The notes: a model not told the origin generated them from the letters alone. Shown: positions 11,501-25,993, counted from the stretch's first letter. The stretch is 64,000 nucleotides of DNA from Eledone cirrhosa (GCA_964016885.1 CAXHJY010000861.1:124001-188000), one strand, 5' to 3'. Numbers and translations: made by a program.

Positions 11501-14500
11501 GTGCTGGTGCCATGAAAACAAGGACCAAGTCCACCGCGTAAGGTGGTTGTGGTGGAGACATGACAACAAGGACCCAGTCCTCCATATAAGGTGGTAGTAC
11601 TGGTGCCATGACATGGACCCAGTCCACCTTGTAAGGTAGTAGTGCTGGTGCCATGACAAGGACGCAGTCCACCATGTAAGATGGTAGTGCTGGTGACATA
11701 ACAAGGACCCAGTCCACCATGTAAGGTGGTAGTACTGGTGCCATGACAACAAGGACCAGTCCACCATGTAAGGTGTTAGTACTGATGCCATGACAACAAT
11801 GACCCAGTCCACCAGGTAAGGTGGTAGTACTGGTGCCATGACAAGGACCCAGTCCATGTAAGGTGGTTGTGGTGGAGCCATGACAACAAGAACCCAGTCC
11901 ACCATGTAAGGTGGTAGTGCTGGTGCCTTAACAACAAGGACCCAGTCCATCTTGTAAGGTAGTAGTGCTGGTGCCATGACAACATGGACCCAGTCCATGT
12001 AAGGTGATAGTACTGGTGCCATGACAACAATGACCCAGTCCACCATGTAAGGTGGTAGTACTGGTGCCATGACAACAAGGACCCAGTCCACCATGTAAGG
12101 TGGGAGTACTCGTGCCATGACAAGGACCCAGTTCACCATGTAAGGTGGTAGTGCTGGTGCCATGACAACAAGGACCCAGTCCACCATATTAGGTGGTAGT
12201 ACTGGTGCCATGACAACAAGGACCCATTCCACCTTGTAAGGTGGTAGTACTGGTGCCATGACAACAATGACCCAGTCCACCATGTAAGGTGGTAGTACTG
12301 GTGCCATGACAACAAGGATCCAGTCCACCATGTAAGGTGGTAGTACTGGTGCCATGACAACAAGGACCCAGTCCACCATGTAAGGTGGTAGTGCTGGTGC
12401 CATGACAAGGACCCAGTCCACCATGTAAGGTGGTAGTGCTGGTGCCATGACAAGGACCCAGTCCACCATGTAAGGTGGAAGTGCTGGTGCCATAACAACA
12501 AGGACTCAGCCCACCATGTAAGGTGGTAGTACTGGTGCCATGACAAGGACCCAGTCCACCATGTAAGGTGGAAGTGCTGGTGCCATAACAACAAGGACCC
12601 AGTCCACCATGTAAGGTGGTAGGGCTGGTGCCTTAACAACAATGACCCAGTCCACCATGTAAGGTCGGAGTACTGGTGCCATGACAAGGACCCAGTCCAC
12701 CATGTAAGGTGGTAATACTGGTGCCTTAACAACAAGGACCCAGTCCACCATGTAAGGTGGTAGTGCTGGTGCCATGACAACAATCCCCAGTCCACCAGGT
12801 AAGATGGTAGTACTGGTGCCATGACAAGGACCCAGTCCACCATATAAGCTGGTAGTACTGATGCCATGACAACAAGGACCCAGTCCACCAAGTAAGGTGT
12901 TTGTACTGGTGCCATGACAACAAGGACCCAGTCAACCATGTAAAATGGTAGTACTGGTGCCATGACAACAAGGACCCAGTCCACCTTGTAAAGTGGTGGT
13001 ACTGGTGCCACGTCAACAAGGACCTAGTCCACCAAGTAAGGTGTTTGTACTGGTGCCATGACAACAAGGACCCAGTCAACCATGTAAAATGGTAGTACTG
13101 GTGCCATGACAACAAGGACCCAGTCCACCTTGTAAAGTGGTGGTACTGGTGCCATGACAACAAGGACCCAGTCCACCAAGTAAGGGGGTAGTACAGGTGC
13201 CATGACAACAAGGACCCACTTCACTATGTAAGGTGGTAGTACTGGTGCCATGACAACAAGGACACAGTCCATCATGTAAGGTGGTAGTACTGGTGCCATC
13301 AAAACAAGGACCCAGTCCACCATATAAGGTGGTAGTACTGGTGCCATGAAAAAGACCCAGTTCACCATGTAAGGTGGTAGTACTGGTGCCATGACAAAGA
13401 CCCAGTTAACCATGTAAGCTGGTAGTGCTGGTGCCATGAAAACAAGGACCAAGTCCACCGCGTAAGGTGGTTGTGGTGGAGACATGACAACAAGGACCCA
13501 GTCCTCCATATAAGGTGGTAGTACTGGTGCCATGACAACAAGGACCAGTCCACCATGTAAGCTGGTAGTGCTGGTGCCATGACAAGGACCCAGTCCTCCA
13601 TATAAGGTGGTAGTACTGGTGCCATGACAACAAGGACCCATTCCACCTTGTAAGGTGGTAGTACTGGTGCCATGACAACAAGGATCCAGTCCACCATGTA
13701 AGGTGGGAGTACTGGTGCCATGACAACAATGACCCAGTCCACCATGTAAGGTGGTAGTACTGGTGCCATGACAACAAGGATCCAGTCCACCATATTAGGT
13801 GGTAGTACTGGTGCCATGACAACAAGGACCCAGTCCACCACGTAAGGTGGTAGTACTGGTGCCATGACAACAATGACCCAGTCCACCATGTAAGGTGGTA
13901 GTACTGGTGCCATGACAACAAGGATCCAGTCCACCATGTAAGGTGGTAGTACTGGTGCCATGACAACAAGGACCCAGTCCACCATGTAAGGTGGTAGTGC
14001 TGGTGCCATGACAAGGACCCAGTCCACCATGTAAGGTGGTAGTGCTGGTGCCATGACAAGGACCCAGTCCACCATGTAAGGTGGAAGTGCTGGTGCCATA
14101 ACAACAAGGACTCAGCCCACCATGTAAGGTGGTAGTACTGGTGCCATGACAAGGACCCAGTCCACCATGTAAGGTGGAAGTGCTGGTGCCATAACAACAA
14201 GGACCCAGTCCACCATGTAAGGTGGTAGGGCTGGTGCCTTAACAACAATGACCCAGTCCACCATGTAAGGTCGGAGTACTGGTGCCATGACAAGGACCCA
14301 GTCCACCATGTAAGGTGGTAATACTGGTGCCTTAACAACAAGGACCCAGTCCACCATGTAAGGTGGTAGTGCTGGTGCCATGACAACAATCCCCAGTCCA
14401 CCAGGTAAGATGGTAGTACTGGTGCCATGACAAGGACCCAGTCCACCATATAAGCTGGTAGTACTGATGCCATGACAACAAGGACCCAGTCCACCAAGTA

Positions 14501-17500
14501 AGGTGTTTGTACTGGTGCCATGACAACAAGGACCCAGTCAACCATGTAAAATGGTAGTACTGGTGCCATGACAACAAGGACCCAGTCCACCTTGTAAAGT
14601 GGTGGTACTGGTGCCACGTCAACAAGGACCTAGTCCACCAAGTAAGGTGTTTGTACTGGTGCCATGACAACAAGGACCCAGTCAACCATGTAAAATGGTA
14701 GTACTGGTGCCATGACAACAAGGACCCAGTCCACCTTGTAAAGTGGTGGTACTGGTGCCATGACAACAAGGACCCAGTCCACCAAGTAAGGGGGTAGTAC
14801 AGGTGCCATGACAACAAGGACCCACTTCACTATGTAAGGTGGTAGTACTGGTGCCATGACAACAAGGACACAGTCCACCATGTAAGGTGGTAGTACTGGT
14901 GCCATCAAAACAAGGACCCAGTCCACCATATAAGGTGGTAGTACTGGTGCCATGAAAAAGACCCAGTTCACCATGTAAGGTGGTAGTACTGGTGCCATGA
15001 CAAAGACCCAGTTAACCATGTAAGCTGGTAGTGCTGGTGCCATGAAAACAAGGACCAAGTCCACCGCGTAAGGTGGTTGTGGTGGAGACATGACAACAAG
15101 GACCCAGTCCTCCATATAAGGTGGTAGTACTGGTGCCATGACATGGACCCAGTCCACCTTGTAAGGTAGTAGTGCTGGTGCCATGACAAGGACGCAGTCC
15201 ACCATGTAAGATGGTAGTGCTGGTGACATAACAAGGACCCAGTCCACCATGTAAGGTGGTAGTACTGGTGCCATGACAACAAGGACCAGTCCACCATGTA
15301 AGGTGTTAGTACTGATGCCATGACAACAATGACCCAGTCCACCAGGTAAGGTGGTAGTACTGGTGCCATGACAAGGACCCAGTCCATGTAAGGTGGTTGT
15401 GGTGGAGCCATGACAACAAGAACCCAGTCCACCATGTAAGGTGGTAGTGCTGGTGCCTTAACAACAAGGACCCAGTCCATCTTGTAAGGTAGTAGTGCTG
15501 GTGCCATGACAACATGGACCCAGTCCATGTAAGGTGATAGTACTGGTGCCATGACAACAATGACCCAGTCCACCATGTAAGGTGGTAGTACTGGTGCCAT
15601 GACAACAAGGACCCAGTCCACCATGTAAGGTGGGAGTACTCGTGCCATGACAAGGACCCAGTTCACCATGTAAGGTGGTAGTGCTGGTGCCATGACAACA
15701 AGGACCCAGTCCACCATATTAGGTGGTAGTACTGGTGCCATGACAACAAGGACCCATTCCACCTTGTAAGGTGGTAGTACTGGTGCCATGACAACAATGA
15801 CCCAGTCCACCATGTAAGGTGGTAGTACTGGTGCCATGACAACAAGGATCCAGTCCACCATGTAAGGTGGTAGTACTGGTGCCATGACAACAAGGACCCA
15901 GTCCACCATGTAAGGTGGTAGTGCTGGTGCCATGACAAGGACCCAGTCCACCATGTAAGGTGGAAGTGCTGGTGCCATAACAACAAGGACTCAGCCCACC
16001 ATGTAAGGTGGTAGTACTGGTGCCATGACAAGGACCCAGTCCACCATGTAAGGTGGAAGTGCTGGTGCCATAACAACAAGGACCCAGTCCACCATGTAAG
16101 GTGGTAGGGCTGGTGCCTTAACAACAATGACCCAGTCCACCATGTAAGGTCGGAGTACTGGTGCCATGACAAGGACCCAGTCCACCATGTAAGGTGGTAA
16201 TACTGGTGCCTTAACAACAAGGACCCAGTCCACCATGTAAGGTGGTAGTGCTGGTGCCATGACAACAATCCCCAGTCCACCAGGTAAGATGGTAGTACTG
16301 GTGCCATGACAAGGACCCAGTCCACCATATAAGCTGGTAGTACTGATGCCATGACAACAAGGACCCAGTCCACCAAGTAAGGTGTTTGTACTGGTGCCAT
16401 GACAACAAGGACCCAGTCAACCATGTAAAATGGTAGTACTGGTGCCATGACAACAAGGACCCAGTCCACCTTGTAAAGTGGTGGTACTGGTGCCACGTCA
16501 ACAAGGACCTAGTCCACCAAGTAAGGTGTTTGTACTGGTGCCATGACAACAAGGACCCAGTCAACCATGTAAAATGGTAGTACTGGTGCCATGACAACAA
16601 GGACCCAGTCCACCTTGTAAAGTGGTGGTACTGGTGCCATGACAACAAGGACCCAGTCCACCAAGTAAGGGGGTAGTACAGGTGCCATGACAACAAGGAC
16701 CCACTTCACTATGTAAGGTGGTAGTACTGGTGCCATGACAACAAGGACACAGTCCACCATGTAAGGTGGTAGTACTGGTGCCATCAAAACAAGGACACAG
16801 TCCACCATATAAGGTGGTAGTACTGGTGCCATGAAAAAGACCCAGTTCACCATGTAAGGTGGTAGTACTGGTGCCATGACAAAGACCCAGTTAACCATGT
16901 AAGCTGGTAGTGCTGGTGCCATGAAAACAAGGACCAAGTCCACCGCGTAAGGTGGTTGTGGTGGAGACATGACAACAAGGACCCAGTCCTCCATATAAGG
17001 TGGTAGTACTGGTGCCATGACATGGACCCAGTCCACCTTGTAAGGTAGTAGTGCTGGTGCCATGACAAGGACGCAGTCCACCATGTAAGATGGTAGTGCT
17101 GGTGACATAACAAGGACCCAGTCCACCATGTAAGGTGGTAGTACTGGTGCCATGACAACAAGGACCAGTCCACCATGTAAGGTGTTAGTACTGATGCCAT
17201 GACAACAATGACCCAGTCCACCAGGTAAGGTGGTAGTACTGGTGCCATGACAAGGACCCAGTCCATGTAAGGTGGTTGTGGTGGAGCCATGACAACAAGA
17301 ACCCAGTCCACCATGTAAGGTGGTAGTGCTGGTGCCTTAACAACAAGGACCCAGTCCATCTTGTAAGGTAGTAGTGCTGGTGCCATGACAACATGGACCC
17401 AGTCCATGTAAGGTGATAGTACTGGTGCCATGACAACAATGACCCAGTCCACCATGTAAGGTGGTAGTACTGGTGCCATGACAACAAGGACCCAGTCCAC

Positions 17501-20500
17501 CATGTAAGGTGGGAGTACTCGTGCCATGACAAGGACCCAGTTCACCATGTAAGGTGGTAGTGCTGGTGCCATGACAACAAGGACCCAGTCCACCATATTA
17601 GGTGGTAGTACTGGTGCCATGACAACAAGGACCCATTCCACCTTGTAAGGTGGTAGTACTGATGCCATAACAACAAGGACCCAGTCCACCATGTAAGGTG
17701 GAAGTGCTGGTACCTTAACAAGGACCCAGTCCATCTTGTAAGGTAGTAGTGCTGGTGCCATGACAACAAGGACCAGTCCACCATGTAAGGTGGTAGTACT
17801 GGTGCCATGACAACAAGGACCCAGTCCACCATGTAAGGTGGTAGTACTGGTGCCATGACAACAAGGACCCAGTCCACCATGTAAGGTGGGAGTACTGGTG
17901 CCATGACAACAAGGACCCAGTCCACCATGTAAGGTGGGAGTACTGGTGCCATGACAACAAGGACCAGTCCACCATGTAAGGTGGTAGTACTGGTGCCATG
18001 ACAACAAGGACCAGTCCACCATGTAAGGTGGTAGTACTGGCGCCATGACAACAAGGACCCAGTCCACCATATAAGGTGGTAGGGCTGCTGCCATGACAAG
18101 GACCCAGTCCACCATGTAAGGTGGTAGTACTGGTGCCATGACAAGGACCCAGTCCACCATGTAAGGTGGTAGTACTGGTGCCACGACAAGGACCTAGTCC
18201 ACCAAGTAAGGTGTTTGTACTGGTGCCATGACAACAAGGACCCAGTCAACCATGTAAAGTGGTAGTACTGGTGCCATGACAACAAGGACCCAGTCCACCA
18301 TGTAAGGTGGTAGTACTGGTGCCACGTCAACAAGGACCTAGTCCACCAAGTAAGGTGTTTGTACTGGTGCCATGAAAACAAGGACCCAGTCCACCAAGTA
18401 AGGGGGTAGTACTGGTGCCATGACAACAAGGACCCACTTCACTATGTAAGGTGGTAGTACTGGTGCCATGACAACAAGGACACAGTCCACCATGTAAGGT
18501 GGTAGTACTGGTGCCATGACAAAGACCCAGTCCACAATGTAAGCTGGTAGTGCTGGTGCCATGAAAACAAGGACCAAGTCCACCGCGCAAGGTGGTTGTG
18601 GTGGAGACATGACAACAAGGACCCAGTCCTCCATATAAGGTGGTAGTACTGGTGCCATGACATGGACCCAGTCCACCTTGTAAGGTAGTAGTGCTGGTGC
18701 CATGACAACAAGGACACAGTCCACCATGTAAGATGGTAGTGCTGGTGACATAACAAGGACCCAGTCCACCTTGTAAGGTGTTAGTACTGGTGCCATTACA
18801 AGGACCAGTCCACCATGTAAGGTGTTAGTACTGATGCCATGATAACAATGACCCAGTCCACCAGGTAAGGTGGTAGTACTGGTGCCATGACAAGGACCCA
18901 GTCCATGTAAGGTGGTTGTGGTGGAGCCATGACAAGAAGAACCCAGTCCACCATGTAAGGTGGTAGTGCTGGTGCCTTAACAACAAGGACCCAGTCCATC
19001 TTGTAAGGTAGTAGTGCTGGTGCCATGACAACATGGACCCAGTCCATGTAAGGTGATAGTACTGGTGCCATGACAACAATGACCCAGTCCACCTTGTAAG
19101 GTGTTAGTACTGGTGCCATGACAACAAGGACCCAGTCCACCATGTAAGGTGGGAGTACTCGTGCCATGACAACAAGGACCCAGTTCACCATGTAAGGTGG
19201 TAGTGCTGGTGCCATGACAACAAGGACCCAGTCCACCATATTAGGTGGTAGTACTAGTGCCATGACAGCAAGGACCCATTCCACCTTGTAAGGTGGTAGT
19301 ACTGATGCCATAACAACAAGGACCCAGTCCACCATGTAAGGTGGAAGTGCTGGTGCCTTAACAAGGACCCAGTCCATCTTGTAAGGTAGTAGTGCCGGTG
19401 CCATGACAACAAGGACCCAGTCCACCATGTAAGGTGGAAGTGGTGGTGCCTTAACAACAAGGACTCAGTCCACCATGTAAGGTGGCAGTACTGGTGCCAT
19501 GACAACAAGGACCAGTCCACCATGTAAGGTGGTAGTACTGGTGCCATGACAACAAGGACCCAGTCCACCATGTAAGGTGGTAGTACTGGTGCCATGACAA
19601 CAAGGACCCAGTCCACCATGTAAGGTGGGAGTACTGGTGCCATGACAACAAGGACCCAGTCCACCATGTAAGGTGGGAGTACTGGTGCCATGACAACAAG
19701 GACCAGTCCACCATGTAAGGTGGTAGTACTGGTGCCATGACAACAAGGACCAGTCCACCATGTAAGGTGGTAGTACTGGTGCCATGACAACAAGGACCCA
19801 GTCCACCATATAAGGTGGTAGGGCTGCTGCCATGACAAGGACCCAGTCCACCATGTAAGGTGGTAGTACTGGTGCCACGACAAGGACCTCGTCCACCAAG
19901 TAAGGTGTTTGTACTGGTGCCATGACAACAAGGACCCAGTCAACCATGTAAAGTGGTAGTATTGGTGCCATGACAACAAGGACCAGTCCATCATGTAAGG
20001 TGGTAGTACTGGTGCCATGACAACAAGGACCCAGTCCACCTTGTTAGGTGGGAGTACTGGTGCCATGACAACAAGGACCAGTCCACCATGTAAGGTGGGA
20101 GTACTGGTGCCTTAACAACAAGGACCCAGTTCACCATGTAAAGTGGTAGTACTGGTGCCATGACAACAAGGAACCAGTCCACCAAGTAAGGTGGTAGTAC
20201 TGGTGCCATGACAACAAGGACCAGTCCACCATGTAAGGTGGTAGTACTGGTGCCATGACAACAAGGACCCAGTCCACAATGTAAGGTGGTAGTACTGGTG
20301 CCATGAAAACAAGGACCAAGTCCACCACGTAAGGTGGTTGTGGTGGAGCCATGACAACAAGGACCCAGTCCTCCATATAAGGTGGTAGTACTGGTGCCAT
20401 GACAACAAGGACCCAGTCCACCATGTAAGGTGGGAGTACTGGTGCCTTAACAAGGACCCAGTTCACCATGTAAAGTGGTAGTACTGGTGCCATCACAACA

Positions 20501-23500
20501 AGGACCCACTTCACTATGCAAGGTGGTAGTACTGGTGCCATGACAAGGACCCAGTCCTCCATATAAGGTAGTAGTGCTGGTGCCATGACAACAAGGACCC
20601 AGTCCACCATGTAAGGTGTTAGTACTGGTGCCATGACAAGGACCAGTCCACCATGTAAGGTGTTAGTACTGATGCCATGATAACAATGACCCAGTCCACC
20701 AGGTAAGGTGGTAGTACTGGTACCATGACAAGGACCCAGTCCATGTAAGGTGGTTGTGGTGGAGCCATGACAACAAGAACCCAGTCCACCATGTAAGGTG
20801 GTAGTGCTGGTGCCTTAACAACAACGACCCAGTCCATCTCGTAAGGTAGTAGTGCTGGTGCCATGACAACATGGACCCAGTCCATGTAAGGTGATAGTAC
20901 TGGTGCCATGACAACAATGACCCAGTCCACCATGTAAGGTGGTAGTACTGGTGCCATGACAACAAGGACCCAGTCCACCATGTAAGGTGGGAGTACTCGT
21001 GCCATGACGACAAGGACCCAGTTCACCATGTAAGGTGGTAGTGCTGGGGCCATGACAACAAGGACCCAGTCCACCATATTAGGTGGTAGTACTGGTGCCA
21101 TGACAACAAGGACCCATTCCACCTTGTAAGGTGGTAGTACTGATGCCATAACAACAAGGACCCAGTCCACCATGTAAGGTGGAAGTGCTGGTGCCTTAAC
21201 AAGGACCCAGTCCATCTTGTAAGGTAGTAGTGCTGGTGCCATGACAACAAGGACCCAGTCCACCATGTAAGGTGGAAGTGGTGGTGCCTTAACAACAAGG
21301 ACTCAGTCCACCATGTAAGGTGGGAGTACTGGTGCCATGACAACAAGGACCAGTCCACCATGTAAGGTGGTAGTACTGGTGCCATGACAACAAGGACCCA
21401 GTCCACCTTGTAAGTTGGGAGTACTGGTGCCATGACAACAAGGACCAGTCCACCATGTAAGGTGGGAGTACTGGTGCCATGACAACAAGGACCCAGTCCA
21501 CCATGTAAAGTGGTAGTACTGGTGCCATGACAACAAGGACCCAGTCCACCAAGTAAGGTGGTAGTACTGGTGCCATGACAACAAGGACCCAGTCAACCAT
21601 GTAAAGTAGTAGTTCTGGTGCCATGACAACAAGGACCAGTCCACCATGTAAGGTGGTAGTACTGGTGCCATGACAACAAGGACCCAGTCCACCATGTAAG
21701 GTGGTAGTACTGGTGCCATGACAACAAGGACCCAGTCGACCAAGTAAGGTGGTAGTACTGGTGCCATGACAACAAGGACCCAGTCCACCAAGTAAGCTGG
21801 TAGTGCTGGTGCCATGAAAACAAGGACCAAATCCACCACGTAAGGTGGTTGTGGTGGAGCCATGACAACAAGGACCCAGTCCTCCATATAAGGTGGTAGT
21901 ACTGGTGCCATGACAACAAGGACCCAGTCCACCATGTAAGGTGGTAGTACTGGTGCCATGACAACAAGGACCCAGTCCACCATGTAAGGTGGTAGTGCTG
22001 GTGCCATGACAAGGACCCAGTCCACCATGTAAGGTGGTAATACTGGTGCCTTAACAACAAGGACCCAGTCCACCATGTAAGGTGGTAGTACTGGTGCCAT
22101 GACAAGGACCCAGTCCACCATGTAAGGTGGTAGTGCTGGTGCCATGACAACAATCCCCAGTCCACCATGTAAGCTGGTAGTGCTGGTGCCATGAAAACAA
22201 GGACCAAGTCCACCACGTAAGGTGGTTGTGGTGGAGCCATGACAACAAGGACCCAGTCCTCCATATAAGGTGGTAGTACTGGTGCCATGACAACAAGGAC
22301 CCAGTCCACCATGTAAGGTGGTAGTACTGGTGCCATGACAACAAGGACCCATTCCACCTTGTAAGGTGGTAGTACTGATGTTATAACAAGGACCCAGTAC
22401 ACCTTGTAAGGTGGTGGTACTGGTGCCATGACAACAAGGACCAGTCCACCATGTAAGGTGGTAGTACTGATGCTATAACAAGGACCCAGTCCACCTTGTA
22501 AGGTGGTAGTACTGATGCCATAACAACAAGGACCCAGTCCACCATGTAAGGTGTTAGTGCTGGTGCCATGACAAGGACCCAGTCCACCATGTAAGGTGGT
22601 AATACTGGTGCCTTAACAACAAGGACCCAGTCCACCATGTAAGGTGGTAGTACTGGTGCCATGACAAGGACCCAGTCCACCATGTAAGGTGGTAGTGCTG
22701 GTGCCATGACAACAATCCCCAGTCCACCAGGTAAGATGGTAGTACTGGTGCCATGACAACAAGGATCCAGTCCACCATATAAGCTGGTAGTACTGGTGCC
22801 ATGACAACAAGGACCCAGTCCACCATGTAAGGTGGTAGTACTGGTGCCACGTCAACAAGGACCTAGTCCACCAAGTAAGGTGTTTGTACTGGTGCCATGA
22901 CAACAAGGACCCAGTCAACCATGTAAAATGGTAGTACTGGTGCCATGACAAGGACCCAGTCCACCTTGTAAGGTGGTAGTACTGGTGCCATGACAACAAG
23001 GACCCAGTCCACCAAGTAAGGTGGTAGTACTGGTGCCATGACGACAAGGACCCACTTCACTATGTAAGGTGGTAGTACTGGTGCCATGACAACAAGGACC
23101 CAGTCCACCATGTAAGGTGGTAGTACTGGTGCCATGACAACAAGGACCCAGTCCACCATGTAAGGTGGGAGTACTGGTTCCACGACAACAATGACCCAGT
23201 CAACCATGTAAGGTGATAGTACTGGTGCCATGACAACAAGGACCCATTCCACCATGTAAGGTGGTAGTCCTGGTGCCATGACAAGGACCCAGTCCACCAT
23301 GTAAGGTGGTAATACTGGTGCCTTAACAACAAGGACCCAGTCCACCATGTAAGGTGGTAGTACTGGTGCCATGACAAGGACCCAGTCCACCATGTAAGGT
23401 GGTAGTGCTGGTGCCATGACAACAATCCCCAGTCCACCAGGTAAGGTGGTAGTGCTGGTGCCAAGACAAGGACCCAGTCCACCTTGTAAGGTGGTAGTGC

Positions 23501-25462
23501 CGGTGACATGACAAGGACCCAGTCCACCATGTAAGGTGGTAGTACTGGTGCCATGACAACAATGACCCAGTCCACCATGTAAGGTGGTAGTACTGGTGCC
23601 ATGACAACAAGGACCCAGTCCACCAAGTAGGGTGTTTGTACTGGTGCCATGACAACAAGGACCCAATCCAACATGTAAGTCAGTAGTGCTGGTGCCATGA
23701 CAACAAGAACCCAGTCCACCATGTAAGTCAGAAGTGCTGGTGCCATGACAACAAGGACCCAGTCCACCATGTAAGGTAGTAGTGCTGGTGCCATGACAAC
23801 AAGGACCCAGTCCACCATGTAAGGTAATAGTGCTGGTGCCATGACAACAAGGATCCAGTCCACCAGGTAAGGTGGTAGTACTGGCGTCATGACAACAAGG
23901 ACCCAGTCCACCATGTAAGGTGGTAGTGCTGGTGCCATGACAACAAGGACCCAGTCCACCATGTAAAGTGGTAGTGCTGGTGCCATGACAACAAGGACCC
24001 AGTCCACCATGTAAGGTGGTAGTGCTGGTGCCATGACAACAAGGACCCAGTCCACCATGTAAGGTGGTAGTACTGGTTCCATGACAACAAGGACCCAGTC
24101 CACCATGTAAGGTGTTAGTACTGGTGCCATGACAACAAGGACCCAGTCCACCATGTAAGGTGGTAGTACTGGTGCCATGACAACAAGGACCCAGTCCACC
24201 ATGTAAGGTGGGAATACTGGTGCCATGACAACAAGGACCCAGTCCACCATATTAGGTGGTAGTACTGGTTCCATGACAACAAGGACCCAGTCCACCATGT
24301 AAGGTGGTAGTACTGGTGCCATGACAAGGACCCAGTCCACCTTGTAAGGTGGTAGTACTGGTGCCATGACAACAAGGACCCAGTCCACCAAGTAGGGTGT
24401 TTGTACTGGTGCCATGACAACAAGGACCCAATCCACCATGTAAGTCAGTAGTGCTGGTGCCATGACAACAAGGACCCAGTCCACCATGTAAGTCAGAAGT
24501 GCTGGTGCCATGACAACAAGGACCCAGTCCACCATGTAAGTTGGTAGTACTGGTGCCATGACAACTAGGACCCAGTCCACCATGTAAGGTGGTAGTACTG
24601 GTTCCATGACAACAAGGACCCAGTCCACCATGTAAGGTGTTAGTACTGGTGCCATGACAACAAGGACCCAGTCCACCATGTAAGGTGGTAGGGCTGCTGC
24701 CATGACAACAAGGACCCAGTTCACCATGTAAGTTAGTAGTGCTGGGGCCATGACAACAAGGACCCAGTCCACCATACAAGGTTGTAGTACTGGTGCCATG
24801 ACAACAAGGACCCAGTCCACCATGTAAGGTGGTAGTGCTGGGGCCATGACAACAAGGACCCAATCCAGCATGTAAGGTGGTAGTGCTGGTGCTATAACAA
24901 GGACCCAGCCCACCATGTAAGGTGGAAGTGCTGGTGCCATGACAACAAGGACCCATTCCACCATGTAAGATGATTGTACTGATGCCATGACAACAAGGAC
25001 CCAGCCCACCATGTAAGGTGGTAGTGCTGGTGCCATGACAACAAGGACCCGTCCACCATGTAAGGTGTTATTACTGGTGCCATGACAACAAGGACCCAGT
25101 CCACCATATAAGGTGGTAGTACTGGTGCCATGACAACAAAGACCCAGTCCACCATATAAGGTGGTAGTACTGGTGCCATGACAACAAAGACCAAGTCCAC
25201 CATGTAAGGTGGTAGTACTGGTGCCATGACAACAAGGACCCAGTCCACCATGTAAGGTGGTAGTACTGGTGCCATGACAACAAGGACCCAGTCCACCATG
25301 TAAGGTGGTAGTACTGGTGCCATGACAACAAGGACCCAGTCCACCATGTAAGGTGGTAGTACTGGTGCCATGACAACAAGGACCCAGTCCACCATGTAAG
25401 GTGGTAGTACTGGTGCCATGACAACAAGGACCCAGTCCACCATGTAAGGTGGTTGTACTGGT
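2591..25462. repeat. Intronic tandem array 1: 48-bp unit (45- and 47-bp variants), about 22.9 kb, roughly 485 copies
   Basis: Consensus GACCCAGTCCACCATGTAAGGTGGTAGTACTGGTGCCATGACAACAAG, repeated head to tail. It fills about 98% of the MLYCD intron 2320-25705. Copy number is length divided by about 47. Confidence 0.98.
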
Positions 25463-25568
25463 CTCAGAAAAACCCTCCCAGTACATGCTGTAAAGTGGTT
25501 GGCATTAGGAAAGGCATCCAACCACAATAAGCTTAGCCCAACACCGAGCATATAAACAAGATGTCATC
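25463..25568 (+). mobile_element. Remnant of a SINE-like interspersed repeat abutting array 1
   Basis: TGTAAAGTGGTTGGCATTAGGAAAGGCATCCAACC matches the reverse complement of 28471-28506 (AGTTGGTGTTAGGAAGGGCATCCAGCCGTAGAAAAC). Confidence 0.65.
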
Positions 25569-25705
25569 TTACCTGTTTAGTTAACCCATAGAAAATATAC
25601 CCTAAATAATGATGATACAATTATTATAGGAACCCCTTGGACGAGAGGCAAGTTGGTATGAAAAGGGTTAAAGTGGATTAGGGTTCAACTGATTACCACA
25701 CTTAC

Positions 25706-25870
25706 ATGAATAGTTGATGGGATTGTGTCTGTGAGAGCTGTGTGAAGTACGACAACAGGTTCACATGGCATAGCATTGTGAATAAACACAAAACAACGTC
25801 GATAGGAGCCAACACGGCGCTTCAAGTCAGTCCAGTTTCGAATTGGGTGGACAGCTTCATATTCTGAGAT
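25706..25870 (-). CDS. MLYCD: Malonyl-CoA decarboxylase, internal exon ([55 protein letters not shown])
   Basis: Acceptor TTTGTTTTGCAG ends at 25871 and donor GTAAGT starts at 25705; 165 nt, phase 0/0. Diagnostic MCD motif EAVHPxxNWxDxKRRVGxxRRC...EPxVVLHxALT. Confidence 0.97.
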
Positions 25871-25993
25871 CTGCAAAACAAAGAAAATCATATAAAGGTC
25901 CTGCTACCTATTTCTCTTCTTCTCCAAACAACAGCATGGAGATAGAATAAAATGTCTTTCCATCACAAAACACTGACAATGGCTTTCTACTGA

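Noticed and set aside
2591-25551. Long minus-strand ORFs (up to 808 aa) as a repetitive structural protein
   Set aside because: They overlap in all three frames, are broken by 47-bp units and stop variants, have no unique N- or C-terminal domain, and lie inside an intron whose flanking exons join in frame.
25581-25671. Second TTAA MITE (TTAACCC...GGGTTAA)
   Set aside because: The inverted match hardly extends beyond 7 bp, which is too weak to call.
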